A stretch of 60,283 nucleotides of DNA, counting the filler, from Nemertoderma westbladi (lineage: Eukaryota; Animalia; Xenacoelomorpha): NCBI GenBank assembly GCA_032718475.1. It is 3 parts of 3 records of this genome, joined end to end, with 100 filler letters (N's around TTAATTAATTAA, not from the genome) between each part and the next. Parts side by side here need not be neighbours in the genome. Positions count along the whole stretch, not along the records: positions 1 to 22,588 come from JAUCBJ010002616.1; 2 more parts are not named here. The stretch is one strand, 5' to 3'. Both the position numbers and the translations under genes were made by a program. Under the pieces are notes generated by a model. The model did no database searches. It was not told the DNA's origin and saw only the letters and a program-made list of their open reading frames with translations. Below are positions 1 to 13,800 of this stretch, one piece after another. The number at the start of each line of letters is the position of its first letter. Within the stretch, counting starts at the first letter, position 1.

Positions 1-2
1 GC

Positions 3-444
3 TATCAAAATTGACCAAATTGACTTAGTAGTCAGTCTCAGTAGAAAATGTCTGTAACAGGAAACACCTGACCAAATGAATGCATGTACTGGTATCGGTA
101 TCAAAATTGACCAAATTGACTGAGTAGCCAGACTCAGTAGAAAATGTCTGTAACAGGAAACACCTGACCAAATGAATGCATGTACTGGTATCGGTATCAA
201 AATTGACCAAATTGACTGAGTAGCCAGACTCAGTAGAAAATGTCTGTAACAGGAAACACCTGACCAAATGAATGCATGTACTGGTATCGGTATCAAAATT
301 GACCAAATTGACTTAGTAGTCAGACTCAGTAGAAAATGTCTGTAACAGGAAACACCTGACCAAATGAATGCATGTACTGGTATCGGTATCAAAATTGACC
401 AAATTGACTGAGTAGCCAGACTCAGTAGAAAATGTCTGTAACAG
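3..444. repeat. Tandem repeat, 96-bp unit, ~4.6 near-identical copies
   Basis: TATCAAAATTGACCAAATTGAC recurs at 3, 99, 195, 291, 387. The 25..306 ORF is a 32-aa repeat artefact of this array. Confidence 0.95.
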
Positions 445-652
445 CGTCAAGCTGTATTATTTTCTTAAGTTATAGTGTCTACTCGACCACTACAGTATTA
501 TAATCGAGTACCACTATTGATTTATAAAAGTAAATATTTCTGTGGATTGCCTATACAGTGTAGATCTGAGGCATTTTACACCAGCTAATTAATAAAGGAA
601 CATGATATGAATTACAATAATATTTATTAAATATTAGGGGATAATTAATTGT

Positions 653-3600
653 TTAATACGGCCATCTCCATGGATACTGGTATCGGAAGTACGGCGACAT
701 ATAATTCCAGTACGATGTGTAGTCACGTGATCGTTCCAGACGTCCAACTTCTCTTTCTAGCGATTTATTTTCGGCCTCCAGTTCAATTAGTTTGGTCTCC
801 ATTTCTTTTACGGCTGTATAAATAAAGAATTTCCGCAATTAATTAGTGGTTCTGGAATTTATAGTCCCACTGTACTTTGTAGAATAATACCTATAGTAAA
901 TTTAAGCCTACTTCAATTCCTATAATAATATATCACATTATAAGATTAAAGTGCGATGTGTTTAAATTCCAGCTGTAATCTTCTATTTAGGGCCCCTACC
1001 TTCTCTTTTGGACTCTAAGTCAGCGCTTCTCATTGTATTCAACATATCGCAATACCCATAAACATTATTATATCCGTGACGCGGACTGTACATCTGGGCC
1101 CAATAATCCGACCATGGGGACATCCTCAGTGCATCAACGGACGATTTGATCTGCAATAATTTATGTAATCGAGCCACAGAGTACTGTAGTACTATACGGG
1201 GTGGTTACATATAAGACTATTAAGGGCAGCACTAAACATCACCGCTGGAGACAACACTAGACAAACCCCGACGTTTTTGTACAATGTCAACTACAGTTAG
1301 TACTACACGTAGTCTATCAAAGTCTGATTAAGAATTTGGGACAGATGGTCTACAGTTCTCCAGACCCCCGCTAAGGGGCGATTAGGCATTAGCGTAGTGG
1401 ATTCTGTATGATAAACCTTCCTTGCTTCGTCCTGCGAATATAACCGAGTATTTGCCACGAATGCTGGAAGTATTACAGAATAGACCTACCTCATCCAGCA
1501 TTCTTCGGTTTTTCTGTTCTTGTTGTATCGCATTTTCTCGAACTTCCCTCTCTCTCCTTGACTTATCTTGTTCTTCAGCATCTCGTTTAGCCCTCGCCGA
1601 TATCTCAGCTGCTTTCGTTTCAGCCTCAATAACAGCGTCAAGTCTGGATAATATTTCTAAAAAAATACAATCGGTATTGACAAGTAATTCCTTATAACGA
1701 TCCTGTCTTTAGACTGACTGGGTAGATTTTGTCTAAAGCTGAGGCTGGCAAAAGCAGGGCCGGATTTACAGTGGTGGGTGGCCTGGGGCCGGGTCAGTGG
1801 TGGGGGGCCTGGGGCCGGGTCCCCGGGTCAGTGGTGGGGGGCCTGGGGCCGGGTCAGTGGTGGGGGTCCTGGGGCCGGGTCAGTGGTGGGGGGCCGGGTC
1901 AGTGGTGGGGGGCCGGGTCAGTGGTGGGGGGCCTAGGGCCGGGTCAGTGGTGGGGGGCCTGGGGCCGGGTCAGTGGTGGGGGGCCTGGGGACGGGTCAGT
2001 GGTGGGGGGCCTGGGGCCGGGTCAGTGGTGGGGGGCCTGGGGCCGGGTCAGTGGTGGGGGGGCCTGGGGCCGGGTCAGTGGTGGGGGGCATGGGGCCGGG
2101 TCAGTGGTGGGGGGCCTAGGGCCGGGTCAGTGGTGGGGGGCCTGGGGCCGGGTCAGTGGTGGGGGGCCTGGGGCCGGGTCAGTGGTGGGGGGCCTGGGGC
2201 CGGGTCAGTGGTGGGGGGCCTGGGGCCGGATTTACAGTGGTGGGTGGCCTGGGGCCGGGTCAGTGGTGGGGGGCCTGGGGCCGGGTCAGTGGTGGGGGGC
2301 CTGGGGCCGGGTCAGTGGTGGGGGTCCTGGGGCCGGGTCAGTGGTGGGGGGCCTGGGGCTGGGTCAGTGGTGGGGGGCCTGAGGCCGGGTCAGTGGTGGG
2401 GGGCCTAGGGCCGGGTCAGTGGTGGGGGGCCTGGGGCCGGGTCAGTGGTGGGGGGCCTGGGGCCGGGTCAGTGGTGGGGGGCCTGGGGCCGGGTCAGTGG
2501 TGGGGGGCCTGGGGCCGGGTCAGTGGTGGGGGGCCTGGGGCCGGGTCAGTGGTGGGGGGCCTAGGGCCGGGTCAGTGGTGGGGGGCCTGGGGCCAGGTCA
2601 GTGGTGGGGGGCCTGGGGCCGGGTCAGTGGTGGGGGGCCTGGGGCCGGGTCAGTGGTGGGGGGCCTGGGGCCGGGTCAGTGGTGGGGGGCCTGGGGACGG
2701 GACAGTGGTGGGGGGCCTGGGGCCGGGTCAGTGGTGGGTGGCCGGGGGCCGGGTCAGTGGTGGGGGGCCTGGGCTCAACTGAATGGGGTTTGCACATCGG
2801 CGCCGAGCACTTCTCACAGACTATACTATACTCACTCCGGGCTGGATTAAGGCCTAGGCTAGCTAGGCTATAGCCTAGGGGCCCCCCGACTTTTTGGGGC
2901 CCCCAATTCCTATGTAGAGGGAGGAGGTGCAAATTAAAAATTAGAAATCAATAAATAATGTAAAATTGAAACTTGACTTGAAAACCATGAATTTTACCGG
3001 TTTATGACCGGTTACAGCTTTTACCGGATATGAGTCAGGAAATGTTTGGAAATTTCCGGAAATTTCATATACATTTTTTCAGAAACTTTCTATACATTTT
3101 CCGGAAATTTCCTATTTTATTAATTATATATTTAGCACATTCTGAAAACATATAGTAAAACACAAATTAGGGTAAACACGTTCGTGGGGCCTTCGCGCAG
3201 GACGAGGCTCAGTTATCAGATACAGATTTATATTGAGCAATTCTATCCCAAAATCGGTATTTAAGAAATTTAACCAAACCGCCAATAAGAATAAATCAAA
3301 GAAGAGAGAAAAGTTCCCCCCTCGCTTCAACCGCCCTCTTATTAATATGCACCACCCCAACCTAAAGGAGCACAGAGGATAACTGAAAGGCAGGATATAG
3401 AAAGCTGGCTTATTAGTTACACTAGTGCCCTGCCTTTATGTCCTATATAGATGTAATTACCCGTTGCCAAGTAGTAGGCAATGGACAGCTAGTATGCCAA
3501 GGAATGGGGGAGGTATAGAGCTGCGAGGGCATTTTGATACTTAATTACGTTTAGATCAATTAAAACCACATTTCTTAAAGCAAATCACTTGAACTAATTA

Positions 3601-6600
3601 AACACTATAATGGAATGGGGTATGTGGATTACAGCTGTATAACTTTTAAGTATAATTATTTATATATTATGCTCTAAAATAATTAATTTCCATTAAAAGA
3701 CAGGCTTGAAAATGCTGTTTTTACCTTAACCAACTTAATTAATTTTATTTTAATTTAATTAATTAACTGCTATTATCTTAGCTTCTCGAAGGCCACACAT
3801 AAATTAAACTTGGAAAATTTCTAAACTTTTGCCAAACAACAAGTGTACCAAGTTTGGATAGATTTCATTGATGTTTGGCTGAGTTATTAACGGCTAAAAT
3901 TGAACACAACAGAACAACAGACACACCGATTGAGTTAGTGGTACCTGTATGCTAAGCTCGCTTACTTTCGTTGCTCGCCCCACAAGGGATTCCTGCTTAG
4001 ATGCGTTTAGGTGGTTCGTTGTCTTGTCTCTTGTGGTCGTAACTCCGGATGAAATATACTTTTCCGGAAATGTCCTTGAAAAACATATTTTAGGAAAACT
4101 CACATCCATATATATTACACGTGGAAATTAGACATTTGAAGCATGTTCCTGTTTATATCAGTATAAAAACAAATAATCAAAAAATTGAAGAATTGAAGAA
4201 TCGAAAGTGAAGAAAATATAATTTCATAAGGTACATAAGTTTACTGTTTTTAACTTTTTGTTTTTCATATATATTGGGAAAAATAAGTGGCAAAATTCAA
4301 AATTGCCTGTTCGGTTTCAGTTCGATTCCGGTTCAGCTCGCCGATAGTTCGATCGATCCCTATAATTGTGGGATCGTGGTGGGGGGCCCCCTGTGGTGGG
4401 GGGCCCCCTGTGGTGGGGGGCTCCCTGTGGTGGGGGGCCCCCTGTGGTGGGGGGCTCCCTGTGGTGGGGGGCCCCCTGTGGTGGGGGGCGCCCTGTAGTG
4501 GGGGGCCTCCTGTGGTGGGGGCCCCCTGTGGTGGGGGGCCCCTGTGGTGGGGGGGCCCCCTGTGGTGGGGAGCCCCCTGTGGTGGGGGGCCCCCTGTGGT
4601 GGGGGGCTCCCTGTGGTGGGGGGCCCCCCTGTGGTGGGGGGCCCCGTGTGGTGGGGGGCCCCCTGTGGTGGGGGGCTCCCTGTGGTGGGGGGCCCCCTGT
4701 GGTGGGGGGCGCCCTGTAGTGGGGGGCCTCCTGTGGTGGGGGCCCCCTGTGGTGGGGGGCCCCTGTGGTGGGGGGGCCCCCTGTGGTGGGGAGCCCCCTG
4801 TGGTGGGGGGCTCCCTGTGGTGGGGGGCCCCCCTGTGGCGGGGGGCCCCCTGTGGTGGGGGGCCCCCTGTGGTGGGGGGCTCCCTGTGGTGGGGGGCCCC
4901 CCTGTGGTGGGGGGCCCCCTGTGGTGGGGGGCGCCCTGTGGTGGGGGGCCTGGAGCCTCGACCCCTCCCCCCCCCCCCCCCCCCCATAAATACGGCCCTG
5001 GGCAAAAGTATGTGTATGTATGTTTATTGATATGTATAAACCACCAAATGGCTTCAAACCACCTGCATGTATTGGGGAATTACTGTAAAGGCAAAGCAAA
5101 CTGTCGACAGAGGCCGGAGGCGACCCGAAGTCTCCTCTATCGATAGCTGCTTCCCGAGGGTAGGGTGGGCGATACTCCTATCCCTTGTAAAGGCAACTAT
5201 TTATCAATTATTATTAAATTATTTACCACTGGGGAGAAAAGCCAACCAACCACCAAGTTTAAGGCTGAATCTCCAGCTGAACGCCTCAAAGGTTGGAAGG
5301 CCCACTTTGAGAAGTTTCTAAACAATGGCAGGGTTTTTGCTTGATAGCTTCATATACATATACGCAGATACATCGTGTATCTGAGTCTGATTGGTGACCT
5401 CTCCTTTGCTGAAATCTAGACTGCAGCTAGGAGCATCAAGACCAATCGTGCAGAGTGGAATAGGCCTATATATATTATCTTATCTATCTCTATTACAGTA
5501 TATTGGTTGACTTTAAAGCCTTTTACTCAGTCTCCCGGCCACGTATGTTAAGCATACTGGCAGCAAATGGGAGGGAAATTATTGCAGTTATCAGGTCACC
5601 ACTGTACGGATGGTTGCATCACATTTGTGTCTACTGCTGATGGTGACACAGATCCATTCGAAGTCTCATGGGGGAGTCCTTCAGGGTGATACACTTGCAC
5701 CATCCACATTCGTAGTTGTGGTTGACTATGTTTTACGCATGTCCTTACAGTAGACCATCTTAATAAAGATGGGGGTGATGGTAATACCCCCCCTACTGGC
5801 ACAAAAAGTAGAGGAAATCCAGCAAAGTACCTGACTGATCTAGACTTTGGTGATGACTTAGGGGTACTGTCAGAGTCACTAGAGGGAGCCCAAGGGTTCC
5901 TCTGCTCATTGGGGCAGGTTGCTTCTAGTGTGGGTCTTTTTGTTAACTCCATGAAGACAAAATTATGTCACTGAACCTAGACATCACTCAAGAAATGTCT
6001 GATCGTAAGGGCATAAGCTCTAGGGATGGCTTCTTTAGCTCGTGGATGATGTTAGACTGTCATCAACCCCAGCTTAGCGCAATTATTGTAATGTAAAAGC
6101 TTGAATATCTGGGACGTTTACAACAGCTGTCGATTAAACTAACAAAACCAGAAAACTGAACCAGGGTGCCAGCCAGGTACCAACATTGGTAGTTGGGGGT
6201 AGACTCAACTTCAACAATTTTCATAGGTGTCTTGTCGTGTGCGTAGCCTACTGTACGTACATTATATTGGTTGCTTACGATGTTTTTTATTACAGTAGGT
6301 TAACTGAGAAAGTATTAGTTAAATAATTAGTGCTCTTTATTTTATTTGAGACAGGTTTGTTTAAAGTCTTCTTAATGGCGTTCTAGTTTGATATTGCTAG
6401 AATGTAGCTAGCTGCTCGGATTGATGTGAAAGAATAATTAACGTTTCTACATCAAACACAATTATTCTATTCACAATTCTTTACTTTATCTCAAGAAATT
6501 ATTTAATTCATACGTTTATCATAAAATTATCATCTTTTGTTATAGACGAGTGTGATAAAATTAATGATATTTAACTTACTTGTCCTGTGTTTCTCCAAGT

Positions 6601-8940
6601 CCTTGTATTTCACATCAATTTCATTTAATATCCGAGAGTGATCATGTCGTAACATGTCTCTCCTTTCTTTTACTTCGGCCTGAAAATAACATCAGCGATA
6701 CAGTTAGTAGGTGATAATTAATTAAAAATTATTCAGTGATTTTGTGGGAAAAGTATAAATTTTTCAGTTACGTTTCAAAACTGGATTATATATCTATGTA
6801 GGTAAGGTTCTACTGTACTATTAAAAGCTAACCTTACCATCTAAAGTACCGGTTGCCATTATCGAGTGAGACATTTTAAACTTTCCATAAGAATGAAAAA
6901 AAGGTATAGGGTAAAAGTATTGTGGGGCGAGCCACGAAGTTGGCGGAGCCTTAGCGAATTGACACTGTTAGGGGGTGGGTCAATTTATGCAAATAGTTGT
7001 CGTCGTCGTCGTTGTCGTCGTCGTCGTCGTCGTCGTCGTTACGATTTTGACATGCTAATAACTTTGTCGGATTTAAAGCTGCCAAGTTGAAAATTTGTAG
7101 GTATCAATATGAGCAAAAGTTGAGATTTTTGAGAGACTTTCAGACACCATCAGTGCAATGGTCTCCCGCTAGAGGGCCACATATCTAAACATTAAATGCC
7201 CTCCCATTTCTTTGCTTTTAATCCGTTTAAGCTGAAACTTGGCAGATATGTATTAGACCATTAGCTGTGACTTTCAAAGGAGGCGAATCCATCTGCAGTT
7301 CTCCAGTCTGCCGTTAGAGGGCCAAAGGTCTGAAAGTGAAATCGTTGTCGTCGTTACGATTTTGACATGCTAATAACTTTGTCGGATTTAAAGCTGCCAA
7401 GTTGAAAATTTCTAGGTATCAATATGAGCTAAAGTTGAGATTTTTGAGAGACTTTCAGACACCATCAGTGCAATGGTCTCCCGCTAGAGGGCCACATGTC
7501 TAAACATTAAATGCCCTCCCATTTCTTTGCTTTAATCGGTCTGCCGCTATACGACGAAATTTCTGAAAGTGAGATCCGTCTCTCATTTCGTTATCCGTTA
7601 TTCAAGATGAAACTTGGCCGATGTACGTATGTACTATTCATCCATAGGCTGTGTCTTTGTGGGGCTGGAGACCCTAATCCATCTTCAGTTCTCACTATAC
7701 CGCTAGAGTCAGAAATGTCTGAATAGAAATGAAAGAGGTAAAAAGTGATTAGGCGAAATCTGCTTAAAATTTGCTAATACAGTAATACTTTCGAATTAGT
7801 ACTTAAATTAAATTTAAGTCACGTGCTGCGCGAAGGCCCCACTTCGTGTATTTAAATATATGCAAGTATTTTTTCTGTAACAGTCCAAAAATATTACCGA
7901 TTAAAAAAAACAGTTGTGAAAATGGAACAGAATTGTTGAGACATATCTGACGTGTCTGTTTGCATGCCAAGTTGAGTGATTCCTAATTGAATGATAAATA
8001 TTTTAAGCATTTTGGGATTTAAGCATTCAGTGAGATTATTTTACTGACAGTGAAACGATTTTTCCGATCTCACCGGAGATTAATAGTCTTCCAGTTATTT
8101 TTTACTTAGTCTCTTCAAGGGATTTCCTTGTTGAGCAAATAATTCAATAAAAAGGGCATTCTTTTAGGTCTTAGCCAGTGGCAAACCTGAGAGGATAGAT
8201 AGATAACTCTGTACCAAACAGAATATTAAATATTTTGCAGATTTGCTTAAATGAAAACTCTTCTAGCATATTGGTCACATGCTATAAATAATTGTATGAC
8301 AACGAACAGTTACATAACAATTCCATGTATATACACTAACGGAGTTAAGTGATAAAAATATATATTGAATTTTATTGTTACAAACTAAATTATTTATAAG
8401 CGAGTGTACAGTACAGCGCCCCATCAGATAGTTAGTAAAGAAAAATACATTTAAATTAAAATACCGTTATGTCAATCTATAAAATATATTATTTGGTGAG
8501 ACAACGTACGTAGGTTAGTCTTCGTGCGTAGCGTTTCATCTGCTCAAGCAAAACTGGTGAATCAGAGTGAGGTACATCGAAGCATACATGGTTAGTTGTG
8601 AGGGGTGCCTGGGTTAGATAAATAATTGGGTTTACGTGGTTGTTAGATATATGAGTGGTTTATTGGTTAGCTGTGTAAAATAATTAATTAATTAATGCCT
8701 GCATTGAGAAAATTAGATGTTAGCGTGTTAATGGTCTGGTGATGCACTCCTGCGTGACACCTTTATCGCCTGTTCTTCCCTCCTCAATCTCTCTTTCTGT
8801 TTCTTTATGGCTACGGCTTCAGCGTCCGCTAATGACAGACTTCTAGGCGCCTCCGGAAGTGCGTCTACGTCTACGTAAGATACCAACGCGCCGTATTTGT
8901 CTTTGTTGAGGACCGGTACGAATCGATGTCCTGGAGGTAT
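653..8940 (-). CDS. Multi-exon gene for an uncharacterised coiled-coil protein with Tyr-rich segments (5' end not resolved)
   Basis: Minus-strand exons with AG/GT boundaries and compatible phases: 8761-8940 (IPPGHRF...EEQAIK), 8510-8539 (MKRYARRLTY), 6580-6679 (AEVKERR...EKHRT, phase 1), 1490-1656 (KILSRLD...RRMLDE), probable 1417-1431 (DEARK), 1000-1150 (IKSSVDALR...ESKRE, phase 1), 653-813 (AVKEMETK...WRWPY*). AATAAA at 623-628 on the minus strand lies downstream of the stop. Confidence 0.72.
1770..2775 (+). repeat. G-rich minisatellite, ~26-bp unit GGGGCCGGGTCAGTGGTGGGGGGCCT
   Basis: Directly visible array just inside the left hAT TIR. It produces the Gly/Trp-rich ORFs in all three + frames. 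Confidence 0.95.
3174..3895 (-). mobile_element. Partial Helentron/DINE-1-like (HINE) repeat nested in the hAT element
   Basis: 3176-3230 is the reverse complement of the 3' end at ~55190-55242 (CTCGTGCTGCGCGAAGGCCCCACGAACGTG). 3540-3890 is the reverse complement of ~52905-53240. Confidence 0.6.
4377..4952 (+). repeat. G/C-rich minisatellite, ~17-19-bp unit CCCCTGTGGTGGGGGG
   Basis: Directly visible array just inside the right hAT TIR. It produces the Pro/Gly/His-rich ORFs. Confidence 0.95.
5500..5990 (+). mobile_element. Degenerate non-LTR retrotransposon (RTE-like LINE) reverse-transcriptase fragment
   Basis: The + strand reads VDFKAFYSVSR ... GVLQGDTLAPSTFVVVVDY ... LTDLDFGDDLG (RT motifs, degenerate FADD). 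Homologous to the minus-strand copy at ~59600-60070. Confidence 0.8.
6921..7850 (+). mobile_element. Helentron/DINE-1-like (HINE) non-autonomous element with (GTC)n microsatellite and an internal duplication
   Basis: 5' TGGGGCGAGCCACGAAG, then (GTC)n at ~6997-7040, a duplicated block (7035-7220 vs 7347-7535), and 3' GTGCTGCGCGAAGGCCCCA plus a short CAC..GTG hairpin. Same termini as the copies at 26677 and 52790. Confidence 0.6.
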
Positions 8941-9910
8941 CTAAATCACGAAAGATATCATATTCTATGGTATTTGGGATTTAAAATAAAATATTAAAAA
9001 TCAAACCAAAGAAGTAAATTAACGTAAAATAAACTTTACCTTAAATTATCTAGAGAAATTTCCCAGAAAATAAAAAGTACTTTAGACCTAGATAATCAGT
9101 ATTAAGAAGTCTATAAATAAAGCAGTTCGGAGGTTTCGCCAGAAATGGTGGCTTTCTCAGGGGGACGATCCAATATGATATAGAACTTACAAGTTTTTAA
9201 ATCAAGTATTCTCGTCTCGCTTACATAACTACTATTATTTGGTTTATTGGACTGGATATACTCATATGTGTCATAATTTATGTGTAACTCAATAATATCG
9301 CGATATTTTGTTTCACTCCTAAATCATATCAATTCAAAATCTGTAAATATTATGTCGTGTTAATAATTAATGTTATTATTATTATATTATAAATGATCCA
9401 ATAATATTTGTACATTACTTGCGTGCTTAAAGTAGCACTTTATGCAGTGCTGCGCGAAGGGGCCACCATTGTGTTATATGGCGGAACAGGGGAAGTATAC
9501 GATAATATCAAGGGGAAATAAAGAATTATCATTACTGCTATAAATTCATATACAATGGCGATCGCCTAAAGTGAAAGTAATATAATAACACGAAAATAAA
9601 TGTAAGTTATAAGAAATAGTCCAGTTATTTATTACACAAAATTGCATGAGTTTCAGTTCATTTAAGCGATAATAATAAAAATAAAGGTTTTAGTGAATTC
9701 AGTTTGTTTGAGTTTATATTCATTATCAGTTACAAATAATCGGGGAAGTCGCCTAGTGAACCAACAAACAACCGCCGCATGATAAAGTCGTCTACCGTTC
9801 TGTGCGTTCCGCCTTCCTATTTAGCTACAGTTCCACAAGTCGCTCATATGTACTGTACAGACCCCCCCCCCCGGCCCATCCCACCCAGTAACAGCCCCCC
9901 CCCCCCCCCC

Positions 9911-10864
<954 letters not shown>

Positions 10865-11587
10865 TTAATAGTAATGACAGTATAGTCAGTTATAATACAA
10901 TCACTTCAAAAGTAGGAAAATTATATGGTTTTTTTTATAATTCAAAACCTAACTTCGGTCCTGTCTTCGGTGGGTACAACAACTGGGTCAATGACCTCAG
11001 TATTTGGTAAACGCATTTGGTCAAAGACCTCGCTGGGATCCCTTTAAATTCTGGTTATCCAACCCGGTCTGGCGTCTGGAAATACATATTTTAATTAAAT
11101 TATTATGCCCTTACAGCCTTATGAGGTTTTATTAAAAAAACAAAGTGAAAAAGATAAACATTTTATTATTTTTTGGTTGCCATAGTTAGATACTGCTAGT
11201 GCAGTAGTGATATTTTTACTACTACTATCGGCATGCTGCATTGCAGCTGCATTATATATATAATACACCATGACCCGTAATATAGTGTCATTTTCTGATG
11301 ACACGGACCCCCTCCCCCCCCCCAAATTTTTCTACAAATCTTTATCATATTGCTTGAAATTTGAAACACAACTAGTTCAACTCACCGTGGTTGTTACCAT
11401 GAAGCCGGAATTTTCGATTTCGCCTTTAAATTTTATTTATAAGCGTTTTAAAAAAAGTGTCTTTTGCGAAATCACACCCTCTGTATCGTGGCCATTCTTC
11501 ACTTTAGTCGTAATATCAATAGCAATTTCATAATTTCATATCAATAGAAAGCTTACGTTGCAAGGATTCCAAATATGTAACGATATC

Positions 11588-11888
11588 TGAATTTCGTTGA
11601 GAAACAGCTGAGTAATAGGCGTTCAAAAATTGCAAGAATTATTGTTCACTGCAGGCCATTTATTCTATTTAATAAATACACAATATTCTAGAACGTGTTA
11701 TTTATTTTATGAGTTGGTAGGCAACAGCGGTATGCCTATACAATATCTATATTGCCTAGCTAATCATACATAAACAAATTGTTCCAGAATATTGTGTATT
11801 TATTAAATAGAATAAATGGCCTGCAGCGAACAATAATTCTTGCAATCTTTGAACGCCTATTTTTCAGCTGTTTCTCAACGAAATTCAG
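11588..11888. repeat. Inverted repeat (~110-bp arms), foldback/MITE remnant in the RBBP4/7 intron
   Basis: CTGAATTTCGTTGAGAAACAGCTG...CAATATTCTAGAAC (11588-11693) pairs with GTTCCAGAATATTG...CAACGAAATTCAG (11782-11888). Confidence 0.85.
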
Positions 11889-12016
11889 TGTAGTTCCTTG
11901 GTAGACAGTACTACCATACTGCCATATGGATGGGATGGGGAGGGGATGACGGGTAATGCGGAAATATTTAACCCTACTGGATAGACTTTTATTTTGTTGT
12001 TGTTCTCAGTATTCTA

Positions 12017-12592
<576 letters not shown>

Positions 12593-13189
12593 TCAGGAAT
12601 TTATGCTTTTAATGTTTAACACCAGCAACCAGACTGCCAGAATATTGTAGGCCTAATCTGCTAATTACAGAATTACTGAATTAATACTGTAATACAGCAG
12701 TACAGTAATAGTACAGTAGTAATACAACACCTGAGTAGTGACTAGGGACTAGGTTAGGTCTGTAGGTATTATGTATTACAGTACTGCAGTATTATAAGTG
12801 AATACAGTAATACTGCAGTAGGCCTACTGTATCTGTAACACAATACCATAGGCTGATAGGCAGATCAGCAGAAAGGGTACCGGTACTGCGGTACCGTCAA
12901 CCGGGGTGACTTCGACAGTGCGGGTGACTTTGATAATCGAGACAATTGGATGAATATTTTGTAGTGTCAAAATCATTAGGCCTAATTGGTTATATTCTGG
13001 CGGGATTTTTGAACGCATATTTTTTTTGTAGGAGATACCCTTGTCCCCTAATCACTAATCAGCTAATCACTTTGCCATCCGCACATACTGACATAGAGGC
13101 AGACAGAGAACTGCATTTAAGACCTCACAAAATCTCATATGAGGTCTAGAATTATGAAGAGATAATTATAAATAATAATATGAAATGGC

Positions 13190-13800
13190 TAAACGGTTTC
13201 ATGTCAGATATTTCTAAAATGTTTTCATTTCAGCCCACTAGCGTTAGACTGGAGAACTGCTGCGGGATTACCGTCCCAACTAAGATGCAGCATGATGATG
13301 GTCTACGGCTCAGCATGTACATCTGCGAAGTTTCAGCTTAAATGGATAGGCCCTAACTAATAACGAGATGAGAGGTTTTCACTTTCAGATATTTCGTCCT
13401 CTAGCGGCAGACTGGAAAACTGCAGATGAATAACTTCCTTAAAGAGACGCAGCATGTGGTCTGGTAACTGGTATACATATACTGTATTACAAGATTTAGC
13501 TTTATACTAAGATCAAGGGAGTTGGGAAAGGTTATTATTTTCATACATTTCGCAGACAAAGCAGCAGACTGGAGAACTGCAGACCGGATTGCCGACCCCA
13601 CAAACACACCGGATGTGCATATCTGACAAGTTTCAGCTTGAACGAATTAAAAGCAAAGAAATGGTAGGACATTTAATGTTTAAACATGTAGCCCTCTAGC
13701 GGGATACTGTTGAATTAATGGTGTCTGAAAGTCTCTTAAAAAATCTAAACTTTTGGTCTCATTAACACCTACAAATATTCAACTCGTCAGCTTTAAAAAC
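13190..13800 (-). mobile_element. Fragment of the HINE-like family (internal repeats)
   Basis: Reverse-complement similarity to 7060-7340, e.g. GCCCTCTAGCGGGA, GGTGTCTGAAAGTCTC, AAGTTTCAGCTT. Confidence 0.6.

Larger units (their letters stand above)
1755..5000. mobile_element. Non-autonomous hAT-type DNA transposon (3.25 kb) inside an intron
   Basis: TIRs CAGGGCCGGATTTA (1755) and TAAATACGGCCCTG (ends 5000). Perfect 8-bp TSD GGCAAAAG at 1747-1754 and 5001-5008. No transposase ORF. Confidence 0.88.

Noticed and set aside
1729-2932. Gly/Trp-rich ORFs of 90-217 aa in several frames
   Set aside because: Translations of a 26-bp minisatellite (unit not a multiple of 3) inside a transposon within an intron.
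4265-5146. Pro/Gly/His-rich collagen-like ORFs on both strands
   Set aside because: Stop-free GC-rich minisatellite; open in many frames, so not evidence of coding.
9040-9325. Possible upstream exons of the coiled-coil gene (donor-like sites at ~9049 and ~9190)
   Set aside because: I could not join them in frame to exon 8761-8940 without a stop; left unresolved.
12893-12940. TACCGTCAACCGGGGTGACTT...GGGTGACTTTG, resembling a pogo/mariner-type terminus upstream of RBBP4/7
   Set aside because: No partner TIR found in the window.
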